A stretch of 61,025 nucleotides of DNA, counting the filler, from Sphacelaria rigidula (taxonomy: Eukaryota): assembly GCA_964200075.2 (NCBI GenBank). It is 5 parts of 5 records of this genome, joined end to end, with 100 filler letters (N's around TTAATTAATTAA, not from the genome) between each part and the next. Parts side by side here need not be neighbours in the genome. Positions count along the whole stretch, not along the records: positions 1 to 12,127 come from CAXNAA020004095.1; positions 12,228 to 24,354 come from CAXNAA020004096.1; 3 more parts are not named here. One strand, given 5' to 3'. The notes under the pieces were generated by a model. It was not told the origin of the DNA, did no database searches, and saw only the letters and a list, made by a program, of their open reading frames with translations. A program made the translations under genes and the position numbers. Of this stretch, positions 1 through 12,840 are shown piece by piece. Numbering within the stretch: position 1 is the first letter of the stretch; each line of letters starts with the position of its first letter.

Positions 1-989
1 AGCACTGTTTTAGGCTTGAGCCTCATCTCGAAGTTAAACCTCAATTCGCACAATTTGTTGTTGATTGCAGACACTCCACGCGGGAACATACCGTCATTGG
101 CAAACCGTTCAGTGTTTCCTGCGTCTCCTCCCCAACGCAATGATTTTTAGCGCCGGTTCCCTCAGCGGGATGCGAACACCCAGGACAAGAGTGTGGGTGA
201 AACGGGGGCGGAAGTAATAGAGGGCGTGGTTAGTATACGTTGGAAGTCTTGGCGTACATGAAAATATGGTTCGGTTTTATACCGCGTGACGCAGATCGAA
301 ATGTCGTGAGCCGGGCGGTAAATTCGGCGTTTCGGCCTTGCGAACCAGATAGATGAAACGATTACCAGCGGAATCCTGCTCAAGCATTGTGAGTACAGGC
401 AGCGCAACAGACAACGCCCTGCAGATAGCCTGCACTCGCACGATCAAAGAACAACATCGCGAGCGCCAAACGCAATACAAAATTACCAGAACGTGAAATG
501 AAAAATAGTGCAGCGCAAAATTATCCAGCACTCAAAATACAATCAAGGGGCTCAAAAGACAATTGTGGTAGACGAGACACCCGGAGATGCAGACAATATG
601 AGTATGTAAAATGAAAGAAAAGCAAACAAGATCGAAAAAGAAATGGAAGCTTTACTGCATGCGCATTCCACAAATCCTCATGGCCACAATAAAAATGCAA
701 CCCCGGAAACGAAGTACATACTGATCATGGTGGATTGTTCTACAATAAAACTACCGGGATAGTATAGAGAATGTCTAGAACACGATCATTGCTGGTAAGG
801 TACAGCGATGATGTTATGGCTGACCAGGTGTAGATCAGGCGAAGTTGATACAATGCACGCAACAATGACAAAACAAAAACTGTGCGATCAGATCGAAGCA
901 AGGTTATGAAGAACATGAGGGCGGAAAATGCACGTGCACATGACAACATGCGATGTGATTGTGAGCAAGAAAAGTACAGCCGACAGTAG

Positions 990-1380
990 GCGGTAGAGGC
1001 AAAAACAACACAACAAGCGGGACAATGACAGCCAACCAGGGTAGCAGAAAGCACGGTGGAAATAGCAGCAGCAGCAGCAACAACAACAACAACATACAAC
1101 AACAGCAACAGCAAAAGTAGTAATAGGCAACAGCGACAACAGACAACAGAAAACAACAACAGTAGCAGCAACAGCATCAACAATACAGAGCAGCAACAAC
1201 CAACGACACACAGCAGCTGCGCGGCAACGACGAACAACAGCACAGAAAAACAGCACAGCCGTGCGGCGAGCAGCAGCAACACACAGCGGCGGCACGGCAG
1301 CGACGAACAGCAGCACACAACAACAGCGAAAACCACAACAACAGACAACAACGACGCGGCTGCACAGCTTCCGCAGCTGT
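990..1380. repeat. Degenerate (CAA/CAG/ACA)n low-complexity tract
   Basis: Runs such as cagcagcagcagcaacaacaacaac; the overlapping ORFs are poly-T/N/Q or poly-C/V/L artefacts of the repeat. Confidence 0.85.
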
Positions 1381-4300
1381 CTGGAGCCTGATGTCCCGAA
1401 ACGCCCCGCAGTATTTGTTGACCCTCTGGTTCGTGGAACTCGTGCAATCTCGTTCAACCGTATTGCCTTTAATCAATTGTTTTGGCTAGGTTATTTCACT
1501 TTTGCTTTGGACGTCTGCAGTGGCGTGCTGATGAACCATCCCGGATGAGCTCGTGCATAAAGCCGTTGGTGGCGCACTGCGTGGGTTGCATGTAACGAAG
1601 TGCAATGCGGCGGGTACGGAGCACAGGGCACCCACGGGGCAAAACAAACTACATAGCCCACGCTCAACTATTTATGCTCAACGTGCGTATGGTATGTAGA
1701 CAGAACAAAAGAGTGCGAAGAGTCGAAGCAGCATTCCATCATAGGTACACTATACATGCTCTCATTGTACACTGTACATGCTCTCATAGTACACTGTACA
1801 TGCTCTCCAAACATCCCACTGAAACAAAGTCGTGAACTTCAAAGCACTGTCTACTACATGCTGAATTATGTTGCAGGTAAGATACGCTGTGGACACTACA
1901 ATTTGTGAACGGGCACACTATTACTCTATATTAAAGAAGTAACATTTTACCTGATCCGACCCACACACCAGCAAAACCCTCCCCTCCAAAGGTTTGTGGT
2001 CGGAGCATACCAGTGTTGACTCTACACAAGCAAGGGTTGGACACCATGTCATGGTACGATACTCACCACCTAGGTAGGAAGATGCTAGTTCAGTGGGCAC
2101 CGGGGCTAGCAGGCCCAAACACAATCATTAGTATCGAAGCCATTGAGTTCGACGTTACCAAGTGTAGAGTCAGCCACCGCACCAGTGGTCAGGTGTCATG
2201 CCATGAGCCGCGCAGGTTGCGGCACAACATGTGTTGCATGAAGGTCAGGCTTACATTTGTGAAGACCAAAGAATCCTCTGAGATAGCGGTCCATGATGGC
2301 GTAGATGCTCTTGTATTATTGGGGTACAGGCTAACTTGTGCTTTGCTAGTTGAGATGCATAGTCCGAAACGCTGTGTCCCAAGGGGGGCCACCAAGTCAA
2401 TCAAATCAAACAATGTAGTATGACCCATCAGGTACCAAGCATGACAAAGTATGACAAATGGAACCCAGTCGACTGGAACATGACCAACAAATCTGTAACA
2501 TAAGACTGATCATTTCGGCATATATCGAGCTACACAAACAGTTCAGCGTTTTACAGCATTCACGGTTCGTCACATTGGCTCTTACCCAGCTGCAGCATGA
2601 GGCGAGCATTATCCACACGATATCCAGGAAACCGTGAAATGAATCCAAGCGGGTAGCATGATGTTATCAGCATGAGCCATCATATTCCCTCCTTCCCTTG
2701 GTTATAGCTTGCCATGACAAAAAGTAAGGTTGGCTAACCACATCACCAGATTCGTCGACACATCATGCATGGAGTCAGCGATGTTGCCAGCGCGGCCGGT
2801 TCAATGACCCGCAGCTGAGCAATAAAATGTATAGACTACACGGATATTTCATGTTGACTGTACGGTATGCAGTATGAACACCACCTGAACAGCTGTAACC
2901 GCTGTTACCGACGCACCCCCGGCATCAAACTCAGTCGTTTGGCAGTAACCGCTGCGCTAACGCTGTGGACACGCATCTTCAGGTGACGTAGGATGAACAC
3001 AGCAGACAGCGCCTTCAACCGCACACGGGATTGACCGAGGACCAGTTCGTTCCGTTCCACATTCACAGACAGCAAAATTTGGTGGTCGTCATTACGTTCG
3101 GGTTTATCGTTTGAGGTGAACACCGAACTTTCACATAAATGGACCGAAACATCACGCTGGCTGATGCTTCGTTGAAAAAGCGCATTTCGGAAAATTGTAA
3201 GAGGAGTGATCAATACGCCACGGATGACAACAGTCGACACAACAGTCCCACGTTGGGAGCACCATGTTACAAACAGACGGTATAGTGTTGGGCTTCTCAG
3301 CATTAGGCATCGCTACTGGCTTACAGGAAGGCGATATGTCTCGTGGTCTCGAGCAAGCATCCAGTTGAGTCAAATCATGCGCATACAAACATGTGATGAC
3401 CAATATATACCATGTTGACTACGCCGGAACATGTTGAAAATGCACCATCTGTTTGTGCACTGAAATCATTTTATTATACTATCATGACGACATGTTTCAC
3501 AACTGGCGTACCGCGATTATGGTTCAGGGATCTGTACTATATTGTCTCACCGTGTTCAGCAACCAACCAGCGAAGCATAGAAAGAGGGGATACGTCCAAC
3601 AGAGCACAGTTCACACGGAAAGGCAAGGACCTTGATCATAGCTCCAGGAGCGATTCAGTTTCTCTTCCATGGTGGTGATTTTGATAGCCTCATCGATAGA
3701 TTCACATAAGCTCTTAGCTCGTTATTTGCTCATCGTCAAGAGAGTGCAAAAGCCAAGGGTCGCACAGCGTAATGAAACCACTGCGCGCACGGAGGCGTGT
3801 CTGTAACCGTTACAACCGACACCACTCCCTCTCCTCTAGTTGGAATACCCCTAGGTCAACATCAACTAGTCCTCCGAGCCCGTCTGTCGAAAAGCTTGGC
3901 TCATGCTTGTACTACCCTCCCACCATTACGTCGCGACCCTTAACATAAACCACCCAGTAGCTACCTACTTACCTGCAGTGCTGCTGCGAGTGTGCCCTGC
4001 CGCACCGTCTGGAAGGTTTGAGGCTGGTGGTTCAATTGGCTTCATCTGCGCATACAACTCACAGAAAGCAAGCATGCTGCAATCGTTGCACGGGGCTTTC
4101 TACAGTCGGTATTTTTACTCGTGTGTGCTGCTGTAGCATCCCGAGAAAGCCGGTCGATCACGCCCTAGCCTGTCCGACTACCCCCCCGTGTCACAGGGAG
4201 GTTGTGAGAAAGATGTTTACCACAGTCATGAACGCCATACACGGGCAGGTAGCATAGCCCCGGCCTTTATTTTACCGGCGAAGGTAGGCAAACGACGAAA

Positions 4301-5722
4301 TCAGCATCATCTGTAATGAGATATCTAACAACAACGGGTGTTCGTAAATTGCATTTAGGGCTACTGTATGACAGCTTATTGCGTAATTCGTAGTAATGTT
4401 TACCCTGCTGTTTGCACATGAAGCATGATGGATAAGCGAGTATGACTGTATGTCGTTTGCTGAGTTCAACGCTTGGTGTACGCGTGGATGCTTGGGGCCT
4501 GTGTGTTACGCTGCTCTGGTGCACGATGCGTGGTGATTTCTGCGAGGAAAGTCACACTGCATGTACCTGGTGAAATTCTGGCATGCACATGTGGACGTTT
4601 CGCTGCATTTCGCTACTGATGTCCATAGTTGATGGCGAATCGTCAGGGTGCGGTGGTTAATGCTGCTGTGTGCAGGATGAGATCAAGGTCGCATGTTCCT
4701 GTTGGCACATGAACGGGGGAGACTTGCCTTCGTGCGGTTTGCGCTTACTGGTTGTAGGAGATGCTAATTGCTGCTGCTGGCGTGGAGATGAGCAGAATAT
4801 ACAAAATGCGTAGGCTCGCACATGCCAGCAGGTGTAACGCGAGTGTTTGTTGTGGGTGAGGACGAACAATGGTGCGCGCATGCAACTGCCTAACCCCACG
4901 ACTTACGGTCAATCCTTGACTACATAACACGATAAAAAACATCGGCTACCTTCGACGGTTGCTACCGCCACCGGGAGTTTCACGACCTCCACATTGGCGA
5001 CACCAGTTTAGACAAGTTTGCGAGACACTCGGGATTTTGTTTTTCGTTTCTCATCATGGCGAGAATCAACAACAACAGGAAAAACAGAAACAACGGCGGA
5101 TCAGTAGGTGCATCCTCCACCGCCAACAAGAAGAACAACAGCAACAACGGCGGGTCAGCAGCTGCATCCTCCGCCTCGCCGCCGTCTTCTGCCGGCACCT
5201 TTGCTCAAGTACCAACGCCAGTGGCTTCGTTCGGGGCCCCGCCCTCTTCCAAGCCTGAGAACCGCCAAGGGGTTCCTTCACCCCCGTTGGAGAAATATTC
5301 GGATAAGGGAAAAAAAGAAGGAGACCCCCAGGCACGACTCTGCAAAGCTCCAACGCCCCAGGCAGGGGCATACCGCCGACATCGACCGCGGGAACCGCTT
5401 TAGCGTTCTCCGCAAGGAAGACGAAAGCAATACCAGCGCCACTGATGCTGATTGGGACAACGTCGGCAAGTCTTCACCACCCAGAGTTGTCACTGTTTCG
5501 GACTCATCCGCCGGACACGTCAAGGAAGCAGCTGTTCACCTCGCTCTGAAAACCATAGAGCAGCTCTCGGGAAGGGGATCGAATCCTCCTGAATGGGCCT
5601 TGCGAGCACTGGGGATGCTGGACTCTCCTCACGACGTTGTCCAACAAGTGCACGAGGGGAAGAATAGTGCGGTGACAGATCGGGCAAATCCAGAGGTAGA
5701 AGTAGTCTGGGGTGGTCCGGTA

Positions 5723-6052
5723 CCTCTACGTCACGGTGATCGTGCAAGTAATGACACGACGCCGCCAAGCTCTCGTAGGGTACCAGCACCAACCACGCCG
5801 TCTCGTTTGTCCCGGGCGACTAATGAAAATATAGTAACTCGATTCACTGCACTAAAGCATTCCCCGGGAACATACTTTCAAGCCTCGCCTCCACGTCACG
5901 GTGATTGTGCTAGCAATGACACGACGCCGCCAAACTCTCGTAAGGTACCAGCACCAACCACCCCTCCTCGGTTGCCCCGGGCGACTAATGAAAATGTAGT
6001 AACTTGATTCACTGCACTAAAGTATTCCCCCGGAACACACTCTCAAGCCTCA
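5723..6052 (+). repeat. 165-bp tandem duplication (2 copies, 55 codons)
   Basis: tcacggtgat starts at 5731 and again at 5896; the RHGDxASNDTTPPxSRxVPAPTTPxRLxRATNENxVT peptide is repeated; copy 2 has CGA->TGA at 6005-6007. Confidence 0.9.
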
Positions 6053-8422
6053 CCGATTTCCACCCAAGCTCACCCGACCAAGGTAGGCTACGCGTCTCCT
6101 ACGAACCAACAAGTGGTTAATAATCATCAGACATCGCCTCACATGCCTGTCGTAAATCTTTTACCACACAAGGGTCAAAATATCAAACCCCCTCGCATGA
6201 AAACCAAACCCGATCAAGTACTATTGACGGTATAGTACACACGCCGCGCTTCACGCTTGAGCGGAACGACCCCGGTCCTAACATGGTTCTAGGGGGACTA
6301 ACAACCGCAAACATTCCAACTGAAGTGCGATAGTACCGCTCACGAGTTGAAATCAACTCGCAAGATACGTGCACGCGGGAAGAAATTGATATCCGAATTT
6401 TGATTTTATGGGATAAGATTATAGCATGATTATCCTTCTCCCTTACAAGGCTTTCACACTCGAATTGCTACAGCTAGTACATGCAGCAACGATATTTCAG
6501 TAATCTTCCGGTCTGAACCGACTGCCTAATACTGTTGTTGCTCGAAAACTGTCCTCAGGCAAGACCTTCCTGGTCAGCGCTTAACGGCGCGAATCACGAA
6601 TGCAATGACAGGTGGCTAATCACAGGACACCTCTGTACCCAACCATATCTCGCTTCAGCTTAGAATGACCCTCCTCGCATGAGAATTTTCCGCGACAGAC
6701 ACCCACACACAGACACACCATGCATGCGACCGGTCGTACAGCAGAGAAGCTCAATTACAGGATGTCAGCCCCCATTTCGGTCACGCTAGCAAGAGTGAAC
6801 CCACCCGCACGAGCTTTCTTTTCCTTTCACTCCGCATACCAAAGAAGCCTGCACGAGTGTTTGATCTCTCATACACTCATCCCCCAACTGCGATGTGGCA
6901 GACTATTGTCCTTGTTCTGCAGACGTCGAGTGAAATCAACGACTGCAATAATAGCCGCCACCTTCTGATAGATCTTGCCGCAAGGGCGCAGCCGTCTGCT
7001 CACATGTGTGTGAGAGAGGACAGTAGCAGTGACGGGAACATCACCCTGCTTTTCGACGATGCGTTCTACTGCGGACAGAAGCACTTCCTATCCAAACAGA
7101 GAAGCAGAGACACAACCGGGGCATCCCGCGATGTTATTTCCGCGACTGTGCTACAATAACCCGCCAGCCCACACATGGCAACTTGGGTATGTACTGGTAC
7201 TCTAATGCGTGAGAGGACCGCGTGCTTAGAGGACCGCATCGTAGTTCGAAACACCTCAGGATCGACGTTTTTTTTTCAAAACCAATCGGGCCAGTCCCTG
7301 CAGGGACCACGCTCCTCACCCTAACCCCAACACTAACCCTAATCCTAATCATAGGGATGTTCAAAAGCCGATCTCTGCAGCGATTGGAAATCGCCGAGGG
7401 AGGACACACGAAGGCGGCAAGAACCTTCCTCTCCGCCGTTGCTCCTCTAGTGATATCGCCATTAACACGCGTGTGCACCGCATTCATTTGGTGCTCCTAA
7501 CCACACTGACGCAACTGCAACATAAACTCTGCTTGCGAAAACGATTTTCTGTGGTGATACTATCTGGCGTGAATTCTCCATTTTTCGAAGGCGAGTTGGA
7601 TCTCATTTTAGTGTTCAACCCCATAAGATAGGATCGGCAGTTTCATTGTCTGCGTCACCCAGGTTGCACAGGTAGAGTGTGGACACGTTCGTGTACACGA
7701 TTCGGATGGCACAGTGCACCTTGTTATGAAAGGGTTGCCGTGCTCGGGGTATCATCGATCACGAAGGAGGTATCGTGTACAAGTCATGAAGTTATTACCG
7801 GTCGTCATCGGTGTTTTGAGTACGCTTCGGATGACACAGGTGTGTCTCAGAAGGTGATGCACAGATACAATAACAGCCTGGATTCGTTTTCGAGGTTCAA
7901 CACTTGGGTGAGGTTGAAGTCGCCATCGAAATTTCATTTATTTCGTCCGATAGGCTCGGGATTCGCAAGCGGTTTCGACCATGTAACCCCAACTCAGAAG
8001 TTTCTGTACGGCAGCCCAAGCATGATGAGCAGTCAAACAGAAAAACCACCGTCATGGTGCGGAATCTTTTGAACAGGACGTGCCTTGTGACGCCAGCCAG
8101 TGGAAGCACTGTTGGATCACTGCTGTTGAGGGACTCACCAGTCTTACCGGCCTCAGTTCCAGTTGTCAGCCTTAACAACGTTCTCATTATTCTGGAGTAC
8201 CCTGGAAGGACACCAGCTTTCTAGATCTGCACAAACCATCTGCGTGTCCCCGGTCATTATCCAGAACCCTCCGGAATCTCCGTGCCCCTAGTCATTATCC
8301 ATCTCATCCCTACCAACTCAACGTACGGCGTATGTTCCTCACAGCACCCCCAAAGCGCGTTGGACGAAAACCGATCAACAAGCTTGAAACGTAGCAAACG
8401 CCAAACGATGAGTAAGTCACAA

Positions 8423-8640
8423 TTAAATACCAAACTCACTCGTCATGCGAGCAGCAACGGCGCGAGTCACGCTCAATTTGCGCAACTCCTTCGTAAGAAA
8501 TTCCAGAGCGACCTCAAAAATATCTGGGAAAGGCTCCCACCTACGCTCCTCAATTTCGAAACCAACCCAGTCGACCAACACAATCATCGCACGATCATCT
8601 GCTTCTGCCACTTGGACAATACCAGCCATCTGAAATTGCC
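8423..8640 (-). pseudogene. Integrase-associated chromodomain
   Basis: FQMAGIV...VLVDWVGFEIEERRWEPFPDI matches the chromo signature LVxWxG(F/Y)xxxExTWEP. Confidence 0.8.
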
Positions 8641-9149
8641 CCTGATTGAAAGCATGCTGGAACACGTCCTTGACGTCAGCCGTAACATTAAGCTGCGAAT
8701 ATGTGTGAAAACGAAAACGAGATACATGGGCGGTCTGAACACGACCCGAAAAAATGTTCTGAATCTCAAACACGTATGGGTGGTGAGCACTACCCACTCT
8801 TCATGGACCAGTCCACGTCGCCATCAACTTGGGCGTAACACCCGGACGACGCACGCGTGCATACAAGGCATGGCCGCCTACCTCAAAACTCAGCAATTCC
8901 AGCCCCGACGAGGACCCCTCACGTCTACGCGCAGGCTCAGCGGCAGCACGTTCCTGCACTCGAACGTGGAAACGTTCTTGCAATTCAAAGACTCCTTGCA
9001 ATGCACTCTTGATCTGAACATCGTCCAAAACATCACACTTCCATTTCCCCGCCGAGGGCACGACCAAACATCACGTGGTACGGCGTATTATCGTAACGAC
9101 GACGATACGCTGTATCAAGCGCCCATTGCACCGCGGGCAACACGTCCAC

Positions 9150-9653
9150 TCATTCAGAAACCGCTCTACGCTGCTCGAGAAGAATAGAGCGAAGAGCACG
9201 AACTACTTCCTTGACCATGCGTTCGCACGTACCGTTAGACCACGGAGAATACGCTACCGCAAACTGGTGATCAACGCGCAAAGCCTCTCGCAATCGGGCC
9301 AAGATCGCATTTTTGAAATGCGTGGCGGTATCACTCACCCACACACGCGGCACCCCCAAGGGTATGAACCAATTCAGCAAAGATGTAGCAGGCGATTCAG
9401 CAGTACTCACTGCTACAGGTTCCAGACCCAAAAAGTTGCTCAAATCATCCATGATTACCAAAATGTATTGAAACCCAGCATCCTCCGACAAACCTTGGGA
9501 AGCTAGCGGGCCACTCTCGCCCACGTGCAAGAGGTCAAAATGGACGACTTCATTCGGCGTGGTCCCATGGACCGTTTCGCCGAGCGGGCGGGGAACAACA
9601 TCGCCCGCCATCGAGTCAGCACAGTGAAGACACTGGCGGAAAAATTCGCGCAT
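9150..9653 (-). pseudogene. Retrotransposon integrase catalytic core (rve)
   Basis: VHFDLL...ILVIMDDLSNF...GVPRVWVSDTATHFKN...AYSPWSNGTCER contains the D,D(35)E triad; a premature stop follows. Confidence 0.92.
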
Positions 9654-11100
9654 ATGAGTTTTCTATTCCCTGCCAGACACAAAACTCTTGCAAGCGCACG
9701 AGCGTCGCAGCCACACAACGATACCCGTCGTCGCGCATGTGCGCGCAAATCATCAGACGTACCTGCAACTGCTTGTCAGAACTCGGAATCCACAAAACGT
9801 TTCGGCCACGCACATGCACACGGAACAGACCTTCATTGTCCAAGACAGCAGTATCAACGGCCGACTCGAACACTTGCACATCCGCATATTCGGTCCCGAG
9901 GTATTTTTGTTGCGCTTGGCGGACAACAGATTTGGACGGCATCGAGTCATCAGGTTCACATGGACCGTACACAGCCACAGCGCGCACAGGCATTTGAATT
10001 TCAACTAGAGGTACCTGCATGACCAAACTACCCCAATGGCACTCAGATGCACCCGGAACCATAAATACCTGACAATCAGGGCGAGGATGGAACCGCGTCA
10101 CAGCATGAGCCACCAGACCCTTTGCTGCCGCCCACACCTGCAGCCTGCCCCCCGTCCACGATGCAGCCTTCTTCGGAAATGCCATATCCGGACTGGACCA
10201 TCCCGCCTGCATATTCCGTAACACCAACCCAAGCGCCAAAAAAGCCGCCATACACAATGCTAACCAACTCGACTTCACTGGATCGTACCGCCGCGGCTTC
10301 GCCTTTACCGCGGACGCCCCAGGTTTTGGCTGAACACGCATGGGCTCCACGCGCGTAGGGGGATCACCCCGCAGCGCACGACGAAACGCGTTGATGCGGC
10401 AATGCAACATGCCGCGCAGGCGCTCCGCTTTTGAGATGCTGAGGCCTGTCGCCCCAGCATCCGTCACGTTGTCCTCCAGCGCGACCTTCCGAGCGGACTC
10501 CTTTTCCGCCGGAATCATTATCATCTCCGGGCCGCGTTCTACCGAGCGTTCCACCGCCGTATCCCGCTCATCAGTCACCTGCTGTCCAGCCTCCTGAAAA
10601 GCATCCACCGACAAGCTCACGGAATGACTGCCCGAAACCGCGGGCGTCTCCGAGGGCGGATCAGGCGGAGAAACCCGCGTCTTCATGGAGTCCCACAACC
10701 GCCGAGCGTTGACTCCAATATCCTGAACCATCGGCAACCCCAGAAGAAGAATGACGCCGTCCGACCCCGGCATGGTCGCAAACGAGATCGAAGGCAACGG
10801 CGCCGCCCCCCAGGAGGTCATCCGATGCTGTGACGTAAAGATGTTGATCTGATGCTGTGACGGCCTGCAGCGCCCCGAGCGAGAACGGGATGCGCAGCGA
10901 CACACCCGGGAGAAGACGCTCCAACATCTCTACAATCTGTACCGACAGACTCACATGTCCCGTCACGTGGGCGCCAGAATCCCACTTAGCCTGAACCGCA
11001 ATGACCCCACGCTCTCTTTGATTTGGAAGACACAGCTCCGCAGGAACGTAGTTGTGCGCAGACTCCACTGGCAATTTATTGGCCGACTGATGCGCCGCTA
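9616..11100 (-). pseudogene. Gypsy pol remnant: aspartic protease, truncated RT/RNase H, integrase Zn-binding region
   Basis: VQAKWDSGA (protease D-S-G motif) and ILLLGLP; GDPPTRVEPMRVQ..WSSP (RT start); no YxDD motif; LQVRLMICAH..G.R.VAAT..RL..FCVW (integrase H2C2 region). Confidence 0.85.
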
Positions 11101-11352
11101 ATCCCACTTGACGCCACGGCTGCGCAAGCTGCGCAGGCGAAGACGTCCCGGCAGGTTGAAACGGCACCGCCGGCGGGTATGACACCCAGCCAGCAGACCA
11201 AGAATTTAGCGAACCTCCGGCCAGCGCGTCAGCAGGCGTCGCGCCTGGCGCTGCTGCCGGTGTCGCCGCCGGCGCCACCGCCGGCGCTGGCGCAGTGTTC
11301 GACGCTGTAAAAGCCGGTCCCACCTGCACCACCCGTTGCGGAGCAGCAGCAC

Positions 11353-11880
11353 CTACAGCGGCGCCGGATCCTTAATTAGGCACATGCTGACGCCGCTGCC
11401 CCTGCTGTTGCTGCCGAGGGCTCGACTGCTACCCTCCACCGCCCGAGTATCCGCCGCCGCCACCACGATCACCTCGTCTTTTGCCCTTGTTCTGACGATG
11501 CTGATGGCCGCAGCATGATACTGCCCAGACTCTCCACCGGAAGACGTTGTGCAATTACGCGCGTAATGGCCGACCTGGCCACAATGGTGGCGAGTGCCCG
11601 CCGCATGCCCAGCATGCTTTTTGATCGCCGCAACCAATTGCGGCGGGGTGATCGTGATATTGTTTTGCTCCAAAAGAGCAAACACTCTCTGCACATAAGT
11701 TGGCACTTGTTGAGCCATTGGCACCACCTGATGCCGCAAAGCACCCCCTGCGTTAGCGTGCTTCACGCGCTTCTTGTACTCAAAGTATTTAGTAATAGAA
11801 GTACGAGACGCACTCTCTGAGTACCTATCCCCATATTGGGGAGGTCGCGCATCTCCCCGCATGACCACGGGTGTCACCAT
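11353..11880 (-). pseudogene. Gypsy Gag remnant with CCHC zinc knuckle
   Basis: RHHCGQVGHYARNC matches C-x2-C-x4-H-x4-C with the first Cys mutated to Arg. Confidence 0.75.
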
Positions 11881-12127
11881 AGCTGTAGCTGTAACCGGCT
11901 ATCCGCGAACCTTTGCAGGCCAGCGGACCTTCACGAATTGCACTTTCCTTGCTTCGTCGCCGCACCACACAGTCGTAGAAGCCTCCGAACTCCCGCCGCA
12001 CGCAGCTTCAGCAAGTATCTGGGGATTCTATAGAATGAGTTTATGAGGTTGATCAATGAAATGAGGTTTGAGGAGGCTAGCTAGTATGCGACAAAAGCCC
12101 GAGGGAAGTACCGTCCGCAAGTGCCTT

Positions 12128-12227
12128 NNNNNNNNNNNNNNNNNNNNNNNNNNNNNNNNNNNNNNNNNNNNTTAATTAATTAANNNNNNNNNNNNNNNNN
12201 NNNNNNNNNNNNNNNNNNNNNNNNNNN
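12128..12227. other. Artificial contig linker (N44-TTAATTAATTAA-N44)
   Basis: 100-nt spacer with a six-frame stop linker; the same spacer recurs at 24355-24454, 36580-36679 and 48803-48902. Confidence 0.97.
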
Positions 12228-12419
12228 GGTCCAAGGGGTATCCACGCAACTTTTGCGCCATTCAACGTGTCTGGACTGCGTGTACCTGGGTTGCAACGCT
12301 GGAAACAAAGCCTAGGGATTGATTCGTATGATTCGAATCAATAATACTAAAACCAAGTAATTTCCAGACAAATCCTTATTTGTCCGACCCTTGCATTTGT
12401 TGCTTGCCTCAGTCGTGTG

Positions 12420-12840
12420 CACGCATATCTTTCAAGACGGAGCACCGTTCCTACTCCTCATATAAATATCTCCAACATTTAGGCGCTCATTACGTGTCTT
12501 CCATAATTTACACGAAAACCTTTCACATATCTTATCCCCTTCCCTTTTCGCCGTCTGTGGCCACCAGCCATCTTCTACAAAAGCGATTGTTTTCTCGCCG
12601 GTGTCTAATGATCCAATGTACCATATGACTTCATGCCACCTTCGATTATTTCCCTCATTGCCCCCTCCAACACGCCCAGTCCCTCCTTGCATACTTCACA
12701 TTCTCCCAGTACGTGAGTTCCACTCTCTATTGCTTTACTACAGGAGCAATACTGTGCATTTACTTCCTCCCCCGACTACTTACGGCTACTCCTCCTATCT
12801 GCCAGGTCCAGGCCGTCCACCCGGAATCGTGTAGTGGGGA
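12420..12840 (-). mobile_element. Degenerate non-LTR retrotransposon (LINE) 3' fragment
   Basis: Minus translation CSCSKAIESGTHVLGECEVCKE fits the C-terminal CCHC finger (ExxxHxxxxC) of LINE ORF2; it is followed in another frame by EKTIAFVEDGWWPQTAKREGDK...LWKTRNER. Confidence 0.6.

Larger units (their letters stand above)
8340..11900 (-). mobile_element. Degenerate Ty3/Gypsy LTR retrotransposon with C-terminal chromodomain, frameshifted and internally deleted
   Basis: Minus-strand order gag (zinc knuckle CGQVGHYARNC), protease (WDSGA), RT N-terminus (PMRVQPKPGA..KAKPRRY..WSSP), RT/RNase H connection, integrase H2C2 region (ICAH..CLHC), integrase core, chromodomain. This is the Gypsy domain order. 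Confidence 0.92.

Noticed and set aside
740..1548. Long ORFs (235 aa, 189 aa and others)
   Set aside because: They arise from the CAA/CAG low-complexity tract and have no recognisable domain.
7880..8070. GDFN motif suggesting a LINE endonuclease (minus strand)
   Set aside because: Single short motif among stop codons, with no other endonuclease motifs.
8282..9187. 301-aa plus-strand ORF
   Set aside because: Antisense shadow of the Gypsy integrase/chromodomain region.
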